Below are positions 55,782 through 64,000 of a stretch of 64,000 bases of DNA, piece after piece (position 1 is the first letter of the stretch; every line of letters starts with the position of its first letter). The notes beneath the pieces were generated by a model. It was not told the origin of the DNA, searched no databases, and was given only the letters and a program-made list of their open reading frames with translations. Source of the DNA: an uncultured Acidimicrobiaceae bacterium (lineage in GTDB: Bacteria; Actinomycetota; Acidimicrobiia; Acidimicrobiales; RAAP-2). The stretch is from positions 1,058 to 65,057 of the forward strand of contig CAZULR010000001.1 in assembly GCA_964621235.1 (NCBI GenBank), given 5' to 3'. A program made the translations under genes and the position numbers.

Positions 55782-56365
55782 GACCGCAGCCTACCAGTCG
55801 GCATTTTGGGCAGGATTCCGATGGCGAATCCGGGTTGACTCCACGCCGAGGTGACAACGTGACCGGAGCTCGTCTCTCTGGTCCGGGTCAACTCCAGCCT
55901 GTCCGGCAGAGCGGGTCAGGCTCCCAGGGGAGCGTCACCGCCACTGTCCTCGGTGACCCACCGCGTTGAGCGGTGCGTGGATGTCCGGCAACGCATCCGG
56001 TTCCACCCCGATCTGTCCAGATGTCCTTTGCTACCATTCCCACTGATTCTTCGGCGACCACCTCGGGGGGCGAGTCAAGGAGATCGGGAGAACCACGCCG
56101 CTAACCGGCGTATGCGGCTGACTCCACTCCTGGTAGCTTTCGTCGACCCGGCGGTTGGAGAGTCAGTTCCAGTCTGGGTACGGCCATCGCCGGAACGTCA
56201 TGATCGTCGACTGATCTGGACAGTGCGGGCCAGGTGATTGGGGAGGAATGTAATTTGTCGTGAAGCGCATCTCCGATCCACTCCTCTCAGCATCCATACT
56301 GGTGTGGAAAGCGATACTTCAGGCCGGGCAAGAGGCCTCACTGGACATCTTCCAGGTGGCAGCGG

Positions 56366-58828
56366 ATGCAGCGCGTTGGATCGGAGGCGGGGGCGATGGC
56401 GGTACTTGAGGAAGGCGGCCAACTGGAGGGCCCATCGCCTGACGACGCCCCTGGCCAGCATCAGATACCACCAAGATCAACGCGATTGGAGCTCGTGGGG
56501 TTGTGCTGGGTCGTCGTCGCTGGAGTCGCCGTCCTAGCGCCAGCACTGATCCATGGCGTCTACCTGGGGCCGTTCAACCTCTTGACGCTGTACGGCACCC
56601 CTGGCGCCCATGGCGGCTCGGCTGAGAACGTCTACTTCAACGATCAGTTGTCGGCCATCATGCCGTGGACGGTCCTTGCGACTTCTCAGGTTCATCATGG
56701 TCTCCTGCCGTTGTGGAATTCCTACGGTGGCCTGGGATCTCCCCTTGCCTTCAACTGGCAGTCCGCCGTGTTCAGCTTCCCGGCACTGGTCGGCTATCTG
56801 GTGCCTGCGCATCTTTCGTATACCGTCACGATCGTCGTGACGGTGATCGTCGCCGGCACTGGCAGTTACGTCTTCGCCCGTCTGCTTGGAGTGGGTGTCG
56901 TCGGAGCGGCCATGGCTGGAACCGTGTTCGAACTGAGTGGGCCATTCATCGGATGGCTCGGATGGCCCCATGCAGCAGTGATCTCCTGGGCCGGATGGCT
57001 GTTCGCGGCGACGCTTCTCATCATCCGTGGTGGTCATCGTGCGCGCGTTATCGCTGGCTTTGCGTTGGTGCTGGCCTTTGCCGTCTATGCCGGACAACCG
57101 GAGATCTTGGCTCTGCTCCTGGTGTCCCTCGCCGTCTTTGTCCTCGTCCTGCTGATCCACCGCGCGGTGAGCGACGGACCACGTCAGGTCGTTCGGCCGA
57201 TCGTGGATCTGGCAATTGGGTCGGTGGCGGGTGGTGCCCTAGCGGCACCACTTGCACTTCCTGGACTCCAACTGGGTTCCGGTTCAGTCCACAGGGCCGC
57301 AGTGGCGACTCCTGCGCTCCCCGCACACGACCTGTCATATCTGATCTTCTCCGGATTCGACGGTCTCCCGGTGCCCGGCAGCAAGATGTTCGGTCCCTGG
57401 GGACTGGTGTACATCGGTGGCTACATCGGCATCATCGCCATCATTCTGGCGTTCGTCGCGATAGTGCTCCGGAGGCGTTCACCGGAGGTCATGGCGCTGG
57501 CAGCGGTCGCAGTGGTGACCGGAGGCATCGCCTTCGCGTCAATCGTCCCGTCCCTCAACTCGGTCGTCAACCGCGTGCCGACCGTGGGCCTGTCCCCGGC
57601 TCGGTTTCTGCTGGCCACGGCGTTCGCGCTGGCGATGCTGGCCGGGGTGGGAGCCGATGCCCTCCTTCGAGCCTCACGACTACGAGTGTGGGGTTGGATC
57701 GGACTTGCCTTCGGGGGCGCCGGTATCCTCGTGATCGGGATCTACATCTTGAGCATCGGACATCTTCCGGCTGTCGAGAACCGCATCCGCTCCGACAGCT
57801 TCGTCTGGCCGACCGCGCAAGTCCTCGTGGGGGTCATCTGCGCTGGTGTGGTTGTCGTCATGGGGACTCGGCGATCAGGAGATCCTGATCCAACACGGAA
57901 CGTGAAGCCACGATCGCCAGGAGCGATTCTCAGCTCAAGCGCTCAAGTTGCGGGAAGGTGGGCGGTCGTCGTTCTACTCATCTGTCAGACGGCGTTTCTG
58001 ATTTCCGCCGGCGCACCGCTGTTGCAGTCGAGCGCGGAGTTCTATCCGTCAAACCCGGCAACCACGACTCTCCAGCGAACGGTTGGATCGTCACTCGTCG
58101 GATTCGGGAGACCGACCTTTCTGTGCGTTGGCCTGGGGATCCCTGCGAATATCAATGACGTGTATGCCGTTCACGAATTAGCGCTCTACGATCCGATGAT
58201 TCCCAACAGCTACTTCACACCACCAAGCGGTCACAGCCATATGTTCGTAGGCTTTCCCGCTGAGAACACCTACTGTCCAGCTCTCGCCACAGTCTCTGAA
58301 GCCCAGCTGTATGGAGTTTCGTATGTTCTCGAACCCGCTGGTAAACCCGGTCCGATCGGTACCAGCTATGTCGCACGGATCGGTGTGGATGACCTCTACC
58401 GGGTTCCTAGGGCGTATCAGGCCACCTTGGTGCCGCAGGGCCAAGATGCCTCAACCTCTGAACAATCTCAGGCCACACCGGTGGCGGTCACGAAACCGAG
58501 CCCCACAGAGTGGACAATGCGTGTCAATTCCGCGACCACACGAACGCTGGTACTCCGCCTCAGTGACGTGCCGGGTTGGCGGGCAACCATTGACGGTCAG
58601 CCGCTCACACTCCAGTCGTCTTCCGGAATCATGCTGGCGGCGACGATCCCTGCCGGCCGCCATAGCATCGTGCTGCACTACTGGCCCGAGTCCTTCACCG
58701 CGGGAATATTCCTCGCATTATGCAGCGCGATCAGCCTGCTAACTGCAATGTTTATCGAGAGGCGCCGTCGTCCGACGCGTACGGCGGCGGCGACCTCGGT
58801 CGAAGCACCGACATCTGGTGGGGAGTAG
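56366..58828 (+). CDS. YfhO-family polytopic glycosyltransferase (GT-C type)
   Basis: 820 aa. The N-terminal box HHGLLPLWNSYGGLGSPLAFNWQSAVFSFP is typical of YfhO. More than 12 helices, a large C-terminal extracytoplasmic domain and a final helix. Confidence 0.85.
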   Translation: MQRVGSEAGAMAVLEEGGQLEGPSPDDAPGQHQIPPRSTRLELVGLCWVVVAGVAVLAPALIHGVYLGPFNLLTLYGTPGAHGGSAENVYFNDQLSAIMPWTVLATSQVHHGLLPLWNSYGGLGSPLAFNWQSAVFSFPALVGYLVPAHLSYTVTIVVTVIVAGTGSYVFARLLGVGVVGAAMAGTVFELSGPFIGWLGWPHAAVISWAGWLFAATLLIIRGGHRARVIAGFALVLAFAVYAGQPEILALLLVSLAVFVLVLLIHRAVSDGPRQVVRPIVDLAIGSVAGGALAAPLALPGLQLGSGSVHRAAVATPALPAHDLSYLIFSGFDGLPVPGSKMFGPWGLVYIGGYIGIIAIILAFVAIVLRRRSPEVMALAAVAVVTGGIAFASIVPSLNSVVNRVPTVGLSPARFLLATAFALAMLAGVGADALLRASRLRVWGWIGLAFGGAGILVIGIYILSIGHLPAVENRIRSDSFVWPTAQVLVGVICAGVVVVMGTRRSGDPDPTRNVKPRSPGAILSSSAQVAGRWAVVVLLICQTAFLISAGAPLLQSSAEFYPSNPATTTLQRTVGSSLVGFGRPTFLCVGLGIPANINDVYAVHELALYDPMIPNSYFTPPSGHSHMFVGFPAENTYCPALATVSEAQLYGVSYVLEPAGKPGPIGTSYVARIGVDDLYRVPRAYQATLVPQGQDASTSEQSQATPVAVTKPSPTEWTMRVNSATTRTLVLRLSDVPGWRATIDGQPLTLQSSSGIMLAATIPAGRHSIVLHYWPESFTAGIFLALCSAISLLTAMFIERRRRPTRTAAATSVEAPTSGGE

Positions 58829-58838
58829 TTGATCGAGG

Positions 58839-59837
58839 ATGGTTGACTCTCCGAACACACCGGATGCGCCGCAGGCTCCGCAACTCTGGATCGTCAGCCC
58901 GAGCTATCACGACGTCGAGTCCTTTCAGCTACTCCGTCAGCGAATCATCGCTCTTCGACAGCGTTGGTCTGTTGCGTACGACATCCACTTCGTCCTCGTC
59001 GATGACACCGGCGGCACGGACCACCGGATGTCTGACCTGGCGCCACTCGACGACGTCATGGTGGTCGAGCTGCCATTCAATGTCGGACATCAACGGGCCA
59101 TCGTGTTCGGCCTCCGGTCCATCCTGGATCTCATCGACGACGCCGATCTCATCGTGACGATGGACGCGGACGGCGAGGACCGGCCCGAGGATCTGCCGCG
59201 CCTCTTGGCCCCGTTGGAGGAGATTCCTTCCGAGTTAGGATTCCTTTCCGTCGCTCGACGTACCAAACGGCAGGAGTCGATCCGTTTCCGCACGATGTAT
59301 TTCCTCTTCCGGAACCTGTTCCGGATTCTCACGGGCACGACGGTGCGCAGTGGGAATTTCGCGGCATACCGCGGCGGGTTGGCCAAGCGGATTCTCATGC
59401 ATCCATACTTCGACCTGTGCTATTCGTCCACCCTCGTCAGCTTGGATGTTCCCGTGACGCTCGTTCCATGCCCACGTGGAAAGCGCTATGCCGGGCGATC
59501 GCGAATGAATCTGCTGAGGCTGTTCATGCACGGAACTCGAATGCTGATGCCATTCACGGATCGGATAGCAGTACGAGCGCTTGTTGCCTTCACCACGGCC
59601 TTCGCATTAGGCATCGTGCTGTCGGTATCGGTGGTGGCGATCCGAGTCTTTTCCACTGCTGCCATTCCGGGGTGGGCTACGGCAACCTTGCTGGGTATCC
59701 TGATTCTTTCATTTATTGCACTGGGCAATTTCGTGGTCCTCTTCGTCGTGTTTTCTCATTCACGGGGGATCTCGCTATCCGGATTGGAGGAGTACGTTGA
59801 CGGAGGCACTCGAAGCACACCTGCTTCGGCAGATTGA
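58839..59837 (+). CDS. polyprenyl-phosphate glycosyltransferase (GT2, GtrB/CsbB-like)
   Basis: 332 aa. VLVDDTGGTD, TMDADGEDRPEDLPRL and RRTKRQES. Two C-terminal helices, as in GtrB-type enzymes. Confidence 0.88.
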   Translation: MVDSPNTPDAPQAPQLWIVSPSYHDVESFQLLRQRIIALRQRWSVAYDIHFVLVDDTGGTDHRMSDLAPLDDVMVVELPFNVGHQRAIVFGLRSILDLIDDADLIVTMDADGEDRPEDLPRLLAPLEEIPSELGFLSVARRTKRQESIRFRTMYFLFRNLFRILTGTTVRSGNFAAYRGGLAKRILMHPYFDLCYSSTLVSLDVPVTLVPCPRGKRYAGRSRMNLLRLFMHGTRMLMPFTDRIAVRALVAFTTAFALGIVLSVSVVAIRVFSTAAIPGWATATLLGILILSFIALGNFVVLFVVFSHSRGISLSGLEEYVDGGTRSTPASAD

Positions 59838-60516
59838 GCATTCTCGCCGGTTCTTCTGGCAGCGGCTGCGGTGGCGGGTCGTGCGGCAGCAGTTGCCTGA
59901 CCGAACGCCGTTCGACCTGGTCGACGTCGGAGCCGGAGCCGGTCTGTTGGGTGAATTCCTGCAACGGGACCGCCCCCAGGCCAACTACCTCTTCGTGGAA
60001 CCGATCGAGTCGCTCAGGACGTTTCTTGCTGAGCGGTACGGCGCCGGAGCTGATCTGGGCGACGAGCTTACCTTCGATGATGCGCAATTCGTCACCCTCC
60101 TTGATGTTCTCGAGCATCAAGAGGACGACCGAGCCTTCCTCAAGGATCTGGTCGGAAAGATGGGCGTCGGATCGAAGCTGCTCCTCACTGTGCCGGCTCT
60201 CCAACGATTGTGGTCCGACTGGGACGTCAAGCTCGGACATTATCGGCGTTATGACCGGCAGACACTTGGTGCATGCTTCGAAGGCTTGCCGCTGTCTGTC
60301 GATGAGATCAGTTTCCTCTTTCCTGAGATGGTCCCTCTGGGAATACTGCGCGCCCGAAACAAGCATGGGAAGGTCACCGAGCAGAGTGCGGAGTTTCCCG
60401 ACCTTCCCGGACTGGTAAATGACGTGCTGTATCTTGCCGGCACCGGTTCAGTCGCTTTGCGTCGCCGATGGGGTACCGGCACGTCGCTTTTCGCGGTAGC
60501 AACCGTGACCGGGTGA
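59797..60516 (+). CDS. class I SAM-dependent methyltransferase
   Basis: ORF 59716..60516. The 5' part overlaps the GtrB-like gene, so a TTG start at 59797 (TEALEAHLLRQ) is plausible but uncertain. LVDVGAGAGLLG (motif I), FVTLLDVLEHQ and GSKLLLTVP. Confidence 0.8.
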   Translation: MTEALEAHLLRQIEHSRRFFWQRLRWRVVRQQLPDRTPFDLVDVGAGAGLLGEFLQRDRPQANYLFVEPIESLRTFLAERYGAGADLGDELTFDDAQFVTLLDVLEHQEDDRAFLKDLVGKMGVGSKLLLTVPALQRLWSDWDVKLGHYRRYDRQTLGACFEGLPLSVDEISFLFPEMVPLGILRARNKHGKVTEQSAEFPDLPGLVNDVLYLAGTGSVALRRRWGTGTSLFAVATVTG

Positions 60517-60905
60517 GATCTGCCGCCGAACCTCGTCATAACGGGCAATGGGGTGGACCAGCGTCTTTCGCGGCGGAAGGCGCGTAATCGATGGGTATCA
60601 GGTTCTCACGTTCCCGGTTGGTCACGCTTGCGTCGAGTCGCACTGGTCGTCGTGATCGGGTCCCGATGACTGGTCAGCTGGACCACTTCCAGGAGGTCAG
60701 CTGACCGCGAAGGACCCGGGGACTGGTCCACACGCGATTAGGCGGACCTTGTCCGTCGCCGATCGGCCCGCTATGGATTTCTGCCGCCGGGAGAGGTGGC
60801 AGGTGGGTGGGGTGAATCCATCGAGACGTGGCGGGCCGAAGTGCATCGCTCCCGACAGGTAGCACCGCCCTCAGGGCGCTGCGCCCGAGGAGGGCCAAGC
60901 GCGAG

Positions 60906-60935
60906 AAAGGGACGGAGCCGGAGCTCCGTCCCTTT
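60906..60935 (-). terminator. stem-loop downstream of secreted-protein gene copy 1
   Basis: AAAGGGACGGAGC-CGGA-GCTCCGTCCCTTT, with a 10-bp GC-rich stem extendable by A/T pairs. On the coding (minus) strand it is followed only by TTTCT. Confidence 0.45.
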
Positions 60936-61005
60936 CACTGAGCCGGTCACCAGATTCGGCGACCGCCGCACCCAGAGGTGCTACTCATACATGCTGATCT
61001 CCGAG

Positions 61006-61683
61006 TTAGGAGATCTTCGCCTTGCTGTCGGCAGCAATCGCCGCGGTGGCGATGGTGACACCAGGAGCACCGAGGTCGTTCTCGAAGTTGCCGGTGGTAC
61101 CAGGGCCCGTGTCCGATCCCAGGCACACGGTGTCCTTCACAGTCTGACCGGCATCGGCGGCCGGCGCGGTCAGGTGACCCTTGATGTTGAATCCGGCCTC
61201 ACCGGAAGCACACGTCAGAGCGACCGACGACGACGTGAGAGCTGCCGTGTAGCTGGTAGCGCCGATCTTGATCTTCAGGGTCCCGATGCTCGACCACAGC
61301 GTCGACGCCGACGAGGCGAAGTCGCCGACCGAGTCGTAGTTGTACTGCCCGGACGAGCAACCCGTCACCGGCGTGTTCGTGCCCGTGCATGCGGTGTTGG
61401 CGGTGGTGATGTTGATGGGGTTCGTCTTGCCCGTGCCGGGTGAACCACAGTTGTACTTCACCGTGGTCGTCGTGGTCGTCGACGTGGACGCCGATTCGAA
61501 CGAACCGTTCTGGGACAGCCCGGGAGTCGCGAAGTCGACGGTGCCACTGGTGACCTTGCAGGTGATGGCCAGGGCGGTGGCCCCGGCGGTTCCGGACTGG
61601 GCAACGGAGGTGACCGCGGTCACACCGAACGCCCCCAGCGGAATTGCGACCGCAGAAGCGATCAAAAGCATCTTTCGCAGCAT
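61006..61683 (-). CDS. secreted Cys-containing Ser/Thr/Gly-rich protein, unknown family (tandem copy 1)
   Basis: ORF 61006..61755. Start taken at ATG 61683 by homology with copy 2 and the AAGGAG Shine-Dalgarno 10 nt upstream. 225 aa. Signal peptide MLRKMLLIASAVAIPLGAFGVTAVTSVAQS. Six conserved Cys. Confidence 0.8.
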   Translation of the reverse strand: MLRKMLLIASAVAIPLGAFGVTAVTSVAQSGTAGATALAITCKVTSGTVDFATPGLSQNGSFESASTSTTTTTTVKYNCGSPGTGKTNPINITTANTACTGTNTPVTGCSSGQYNYDSVGDFASSASTLWSSIGTLKIKIGATSYTAALTSSSVALTCASGEAGFNIKGHLTAPAADAGQTVKDTVCLGSDTGPGTTGNFENDLGAPGVTIATAAIAADSKAKIS

Positions 61684-61707
61684 CTTGTTGTTGCTCCTTT
61701 TCGTTAA

Positions 61708-61723
61708 CCTGCACGAGTGCAGG
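61708..61723 (-). promoter_or_regulatory. 16-nt dyad-symmetric element 24 nt upstream of the copy-1 start codon
   Basis: CCTGCAC-GA-GTGCAGG on the plus strand. The same position in copy 2 carries CCTGCAT-GA-ATGCAGG. Confidence 0.45.
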
Positions 61724-62166
61724 ACTAGCGTCAGGCGACGGGCGCCCCCCAACATTGCGTTACCGAGCGATGCCGCGGCTAAGCGTGGTTGTTGTACTGA
61801 GTCCCCCAGCCCCTAGCCGCACCTCGGTCGGCACTGCACTTTAACGAACCGGACTTCCCAATACAAGGTTACCGGTGGCCCCACAAAGGCATCCTCATGA
61901 AATCCTCACAATTGATGAGTGACTGACCAGTTCGGGGAGCCGCATCCGGTGGCCGGTGGCGTGGAACCTCGGCCTGACCTGGGAGTTCGACGGCCCAGTT
62001 CGCACGAGAGCACCCCGGTATCGTCCTCCAGGACGGAAAAGGAAGTGATGACGATCGGCGCGCCCGGCTGCAGCCGAGGACATCCCGCGACAGTCCGGTC
62101 TGCCACGTCCCGAGAGCAGCACGCGGTGCCTCGTCCCAGGGCGACGGCCACGGAGGCACGGGCGCG

Positions 62167-62199
62167 AAAAAGGGACGGAGCCGGAGCTCCGTCCCTTTT
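62167..62199 (-). terminator. rho-independent-type terminator downstream of secreted-protein gene copy 2
   Basis: AAAAAGGGACGGAGC-CGGA-GCTCCGTCCCTTTT. On the minus strand the stem is followed by TTTTT, and on the plus strand by TTTT, so it may act in both directions. Confidence 0.6.
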
Positions 62200-62268
62200 C
62201 CCGAGCCGGTCACCTGAAGTGGTGACCGCCGCACCCGGAGGTGCTACTCGTGCATGCTGATCTCCGAG

Positions 62269-62946
62269 TTAGGAGATCTTCGCCTTGCTGTCGGCGGCGA
62301 TGGCTGCCGTGGCGATGGTGACACCCGGTGTCGTGAAGTCGGTGACGAAGTTTCCGGTCGTACCGGGTCCGGTGTCGGATCCGAGGCACGTGGTCAGCTT
62401 CATCGTCTCACCGGCGTGGGCGGCGGGAGCGGTCAGCTTGCCCTTGAGGTTGAATCCGGCCTCACCGCTGGCACAGGTGATTGCCACCGTCGACGACGTG
62501 AGATTCGCCTTGTAGCTGGTGGTGCCGATCTTGACGGTCAGCGTACCGATCTCCGAGTACAGCGACGAGGCGTTCGAGGCGAACGTGCCCTCTGAGTCGT
62601 AGTTGTACTGTCCGGTCGAGCAACCCGTCACCGGCGTGTTCGCGCCGGTGCAGGCGGTGCTGGCGGAGGTGATGGAGATGGGCTTCGTCGTGCCCGTGCC
62701 GGCGGTCCCGCAGTTGTACTTCACCGTGGTGGTACCGGCCGTGGAACTCGGCGACGACTCGAACGACCCGTTCTGGGACAGCCCGGGAGTGGCGAAGTCG
62801 ACGGTGCCACTGGTGACCTTGCAGGTGATGGCCAGGGCGGTGGCCCCGGCGGTTCCGGACTGGGCGACGGAGGTGACCGCGGTCACACCGAACGCGCCGA
62901 GCGGAATGGCGACCGCAGAAGCGATCAAAAGCATCTTGCGCAGCAT
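62269..62946 (-). CDS. secreted Cys-containing Ser/Thr/Gly-rich protein, unknown family (tandem copy 2)
   Basis: 225 aa. The signal peptide is identical to copy 1. AAGGAG Shine-Dalgarno. The six Cys are conserved in position. Confidence 0.85.
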   Translation of the reverse strand: MLRKMLLIASAVAIPLGAFGVTAVTSVAQSGTAGATALAITCKVTSGTVDFATPGLSQNGSFESSPSSTAGTTTVKYNCGTAGTGTTKPISITSASTACTGANTPVTGCSTGQYNYDSEGTFASNASSLYSEIGTLTVKIGTTSYKANLTSSTVAITCASGEAGFNLKGKLTAPAAHAGETMKLTTCLGSDTGPGTTGNFVTDFTTPGVTIATAAIAADSKAKIS

Positions 62947-62969
62947 CTAGTTGTTGCTCCTTATGGTTG

Positions 62970-62985
62970 CCTGCATGAATGCAGG
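62970..62985 (-). promoter_or_regulatory. 16-nt dyad-symmetric element 24 nt upstream of the copy-2 start codon
   Basis: CCTGCAT-GA-ATGCAGG. It differs from copy 1 by a symmetric double substitution. Confidence 0.45.
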
Positions 62986-63261
62986 ACGTGAGTCAGGCGA
63001 CGGGTGCCCCCCAACGTTGCGATGCCGAACCGAGCCGCGGCGAAGCCTGGCCGTTTCTTCGATTGCCCCAGCCTCCGGACGTAGCGCGGTCGGCAGGCGA
63101 ACCCTAGCGAGTCGCCGTACCCGATACAAGGCACCCCGCCGACCGTTCCAATTCTGCACAGTGTTAGGTAGGGGGCCCCGATGCGCCGATACACGCGACG
63201 GTCGCCGTGGAGGGATCGTCCCTCCCGGGTCGGCCGGCCCCCGTGTCGCGCGCCGTGGGCC

Positions 63262-64000
63262 TCAGGTACTCCACAGGGAGGCCGGACGGATGCCCCAGGC
63301 GACCTGGCGGGCCAGCTCGGCACTGACGACGGGCAGGTCGGCGGCGTGGGTCACGCCGACGAGCTGGCTGTCCGTGGTCAGCACCCGCACCGGGAGGCCG
63401 GTTCCACCGGCCACCATCGTGGAGACGACCTCGGGAAGGAGCACCTCGGCCTTCGGTGCCTCGTCGCCGGCGGCGACCCGGGCGATCAGCGCCTCCTCGT
63501 CGAGCCCCGAGGCGTCCATGGCCTCGTGGAACACACTCCAGATCCCCGGATGGAACCCCCACAGGTTCACTGACGTCGCCAGGCCACCCTCGAGACGCGC
63601 GGGCTCGAGTCCGTCGTCGGAGACGAAGCCGCCGGTGCCGTCGGTGTGGACCGTCCGCCGTTCGTCGAGGGAGACGAGGAGACCGCCGGGTCCCACGGTG
63701 CAGATGCCGCGGGTGACGGGGTCCGCGGTCGCCACGGTCTCGCGCAGCTGGTAGCCGACGAGCACGTGCTCGTCGGCGTGGGAGCCGAGGTGCTCCGCCA
63801 GCAGCCGCATCGCCGACTCCCCGTAGACGTCGTCGGCGTTGCATACGCCGAAGGACGCATCGGGCCGGAGGGCGGTCTCGGCGGCGAGGACCGCGTGGAC
63901 CGTCCCGAGCGGCAGCCGCTGCTCGGTGAAGGACACGCCGACCGACTCCGGCCAGCACTGCTCCACGTGGTACCGGATCGCCGGTCCGGTCTCGGGATGG
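63262..64000 (-). CDS. sugar-phosphate nucleotidyltransferase (NTP_transferase fold), C-terminal part; 5' end beyond the right edge
   Basis: The reading frame stays open to position 64000 (..HPETGPAIRYHVEQCWPESVGVSFTEQRLPLGTVHAVLAAE..NADDVYG). The LGT.HAV box is typical of NDP-sugar pyrophosphorylases. Confidence 0.8.
   Translation of the reverse strand, partial: HPETGPAIRYHVEQCWPESVGVSFTEQRLPLGTVHAVLAAETALRPDASFGVCNADDVYGESAMRLLAEHLGSHADEHVLVGYQLRETVATADPVTRGICTVGPGGLLVSLDERRTVHTDGTGGFVSDDGLEPARLEGGLATSVNLWGFHPGIWSVFHEAMDASGLDEEALIARVAAGDEAPKAEVLLPEVVSTMVAGGTGLPVRVLTTDSQLVGVTHAADLPVVSAELARQVAWGIRPASLWST

Larger units (their letters stand above)
60906..63131. repeat. tandem duplication, two units of about 1.26 kb (terminator + gene + roughly 180-nt upstream leader)
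   Basis: Period is 1263 nt between stop codons (61006 vs 62269) and 1261 nt between terminators. 61561-61683 and 62824-62946 differ at only 5 of 123 nt, whereas the mature-protein regions are clearly more diverged. Confidence 0.85.

Noticed and set aside
61869-62234. ORFs between and across the tandem secreted-protein genes: 61869..62234(-), 61906..62151(-), 60796..61443(+), 61340..61816(+), 62254..62595(+) and 62603..62950(+)
   Set aside because: The plus-strand ones are shadows of the minus-strand genes. The intergenic ones are Arg/Pro-rich, span the terminator hairpin and are not conserved between the two repeat units.
1-64000. Search by eye for rRNA, tRNA, CRISPR repeats, transposase/integrase genes, phage genes or defence-system genes
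   Set aside because: I found no cloverleaf-like or rRNA-like segments and no regularly spaced direct repeats. No ORF has recombinase, transposase or nuclease/defence motifs. Every gap over 200 nt is accounted for by promoter regions or gene relics. A covariance-model or HMM scan would be needed to be definitive.

Overview
High-GC (GC3-rich, actinobacterial-type) 64-kb window that is essentially one large cell-envelope glycan biosynthesis island. I can support about 50 protein-coding genes on both strands, two clear pseudogene remnants and one ~1.26-kb tandem duplication. I saw no rRNA, tRNA, CRISPR array, transposase or integrase. Modules: (1) nucleotide-sugar tailoring: membrane 4,6-dehydratase (CapD/PglF/WbpM-like), UDP-sugar 6-dehydrogenase, SDR epimerase, DegT-type aminotransferase, GNAT, formyltransferase, CE4 deacetylase, AsnB-type amidotransferase, 2OG-Fe(II) oxygenase, AT3 O-acyltransferase and six SAM-methyltransferase domains. 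(2) A WecA/MraY-type initiating phosphoglycosyltransferase. (3) At least ten GT-A/GT-B glycosyltransferases. (4) Two assembly/export routes side by side: a Wzm/Wzt ABC transporter with a Wzt C-terminal glycan-binding domain, and a PCP protein with a degenerate BY-kinase domain followed by a Wzy-like polytopic protein. (5) Up to five GT-C/YfhO-type polytopic enzymes, including a GtrB-YfhO pair and two ~700-aa paralogues. (6) A complete PAPS-synthesis module (cysD-cysN-cysC) plus three intact and one or two decayed sulfotransferases. This is the most unusual aspect: the locus is predicted to make a sulfated (and methylated, amidated, N-formylated) envelope glycan. (7) A LuxR-type regulator whose N-terminus looks like a degenerate GGDEF domain that keeps the RxxD I-site. 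(8) Candidate protein substrates or cargo: a Thr-rich LPXTG protein and two tandemly duplicated secreted Cys-containing Ser/Thr/Gly-rich proteins with conserved leaders and terminators. All functional calls rest on motif recognition by eye in the supplied translations or my own hand translations; no database search was run.
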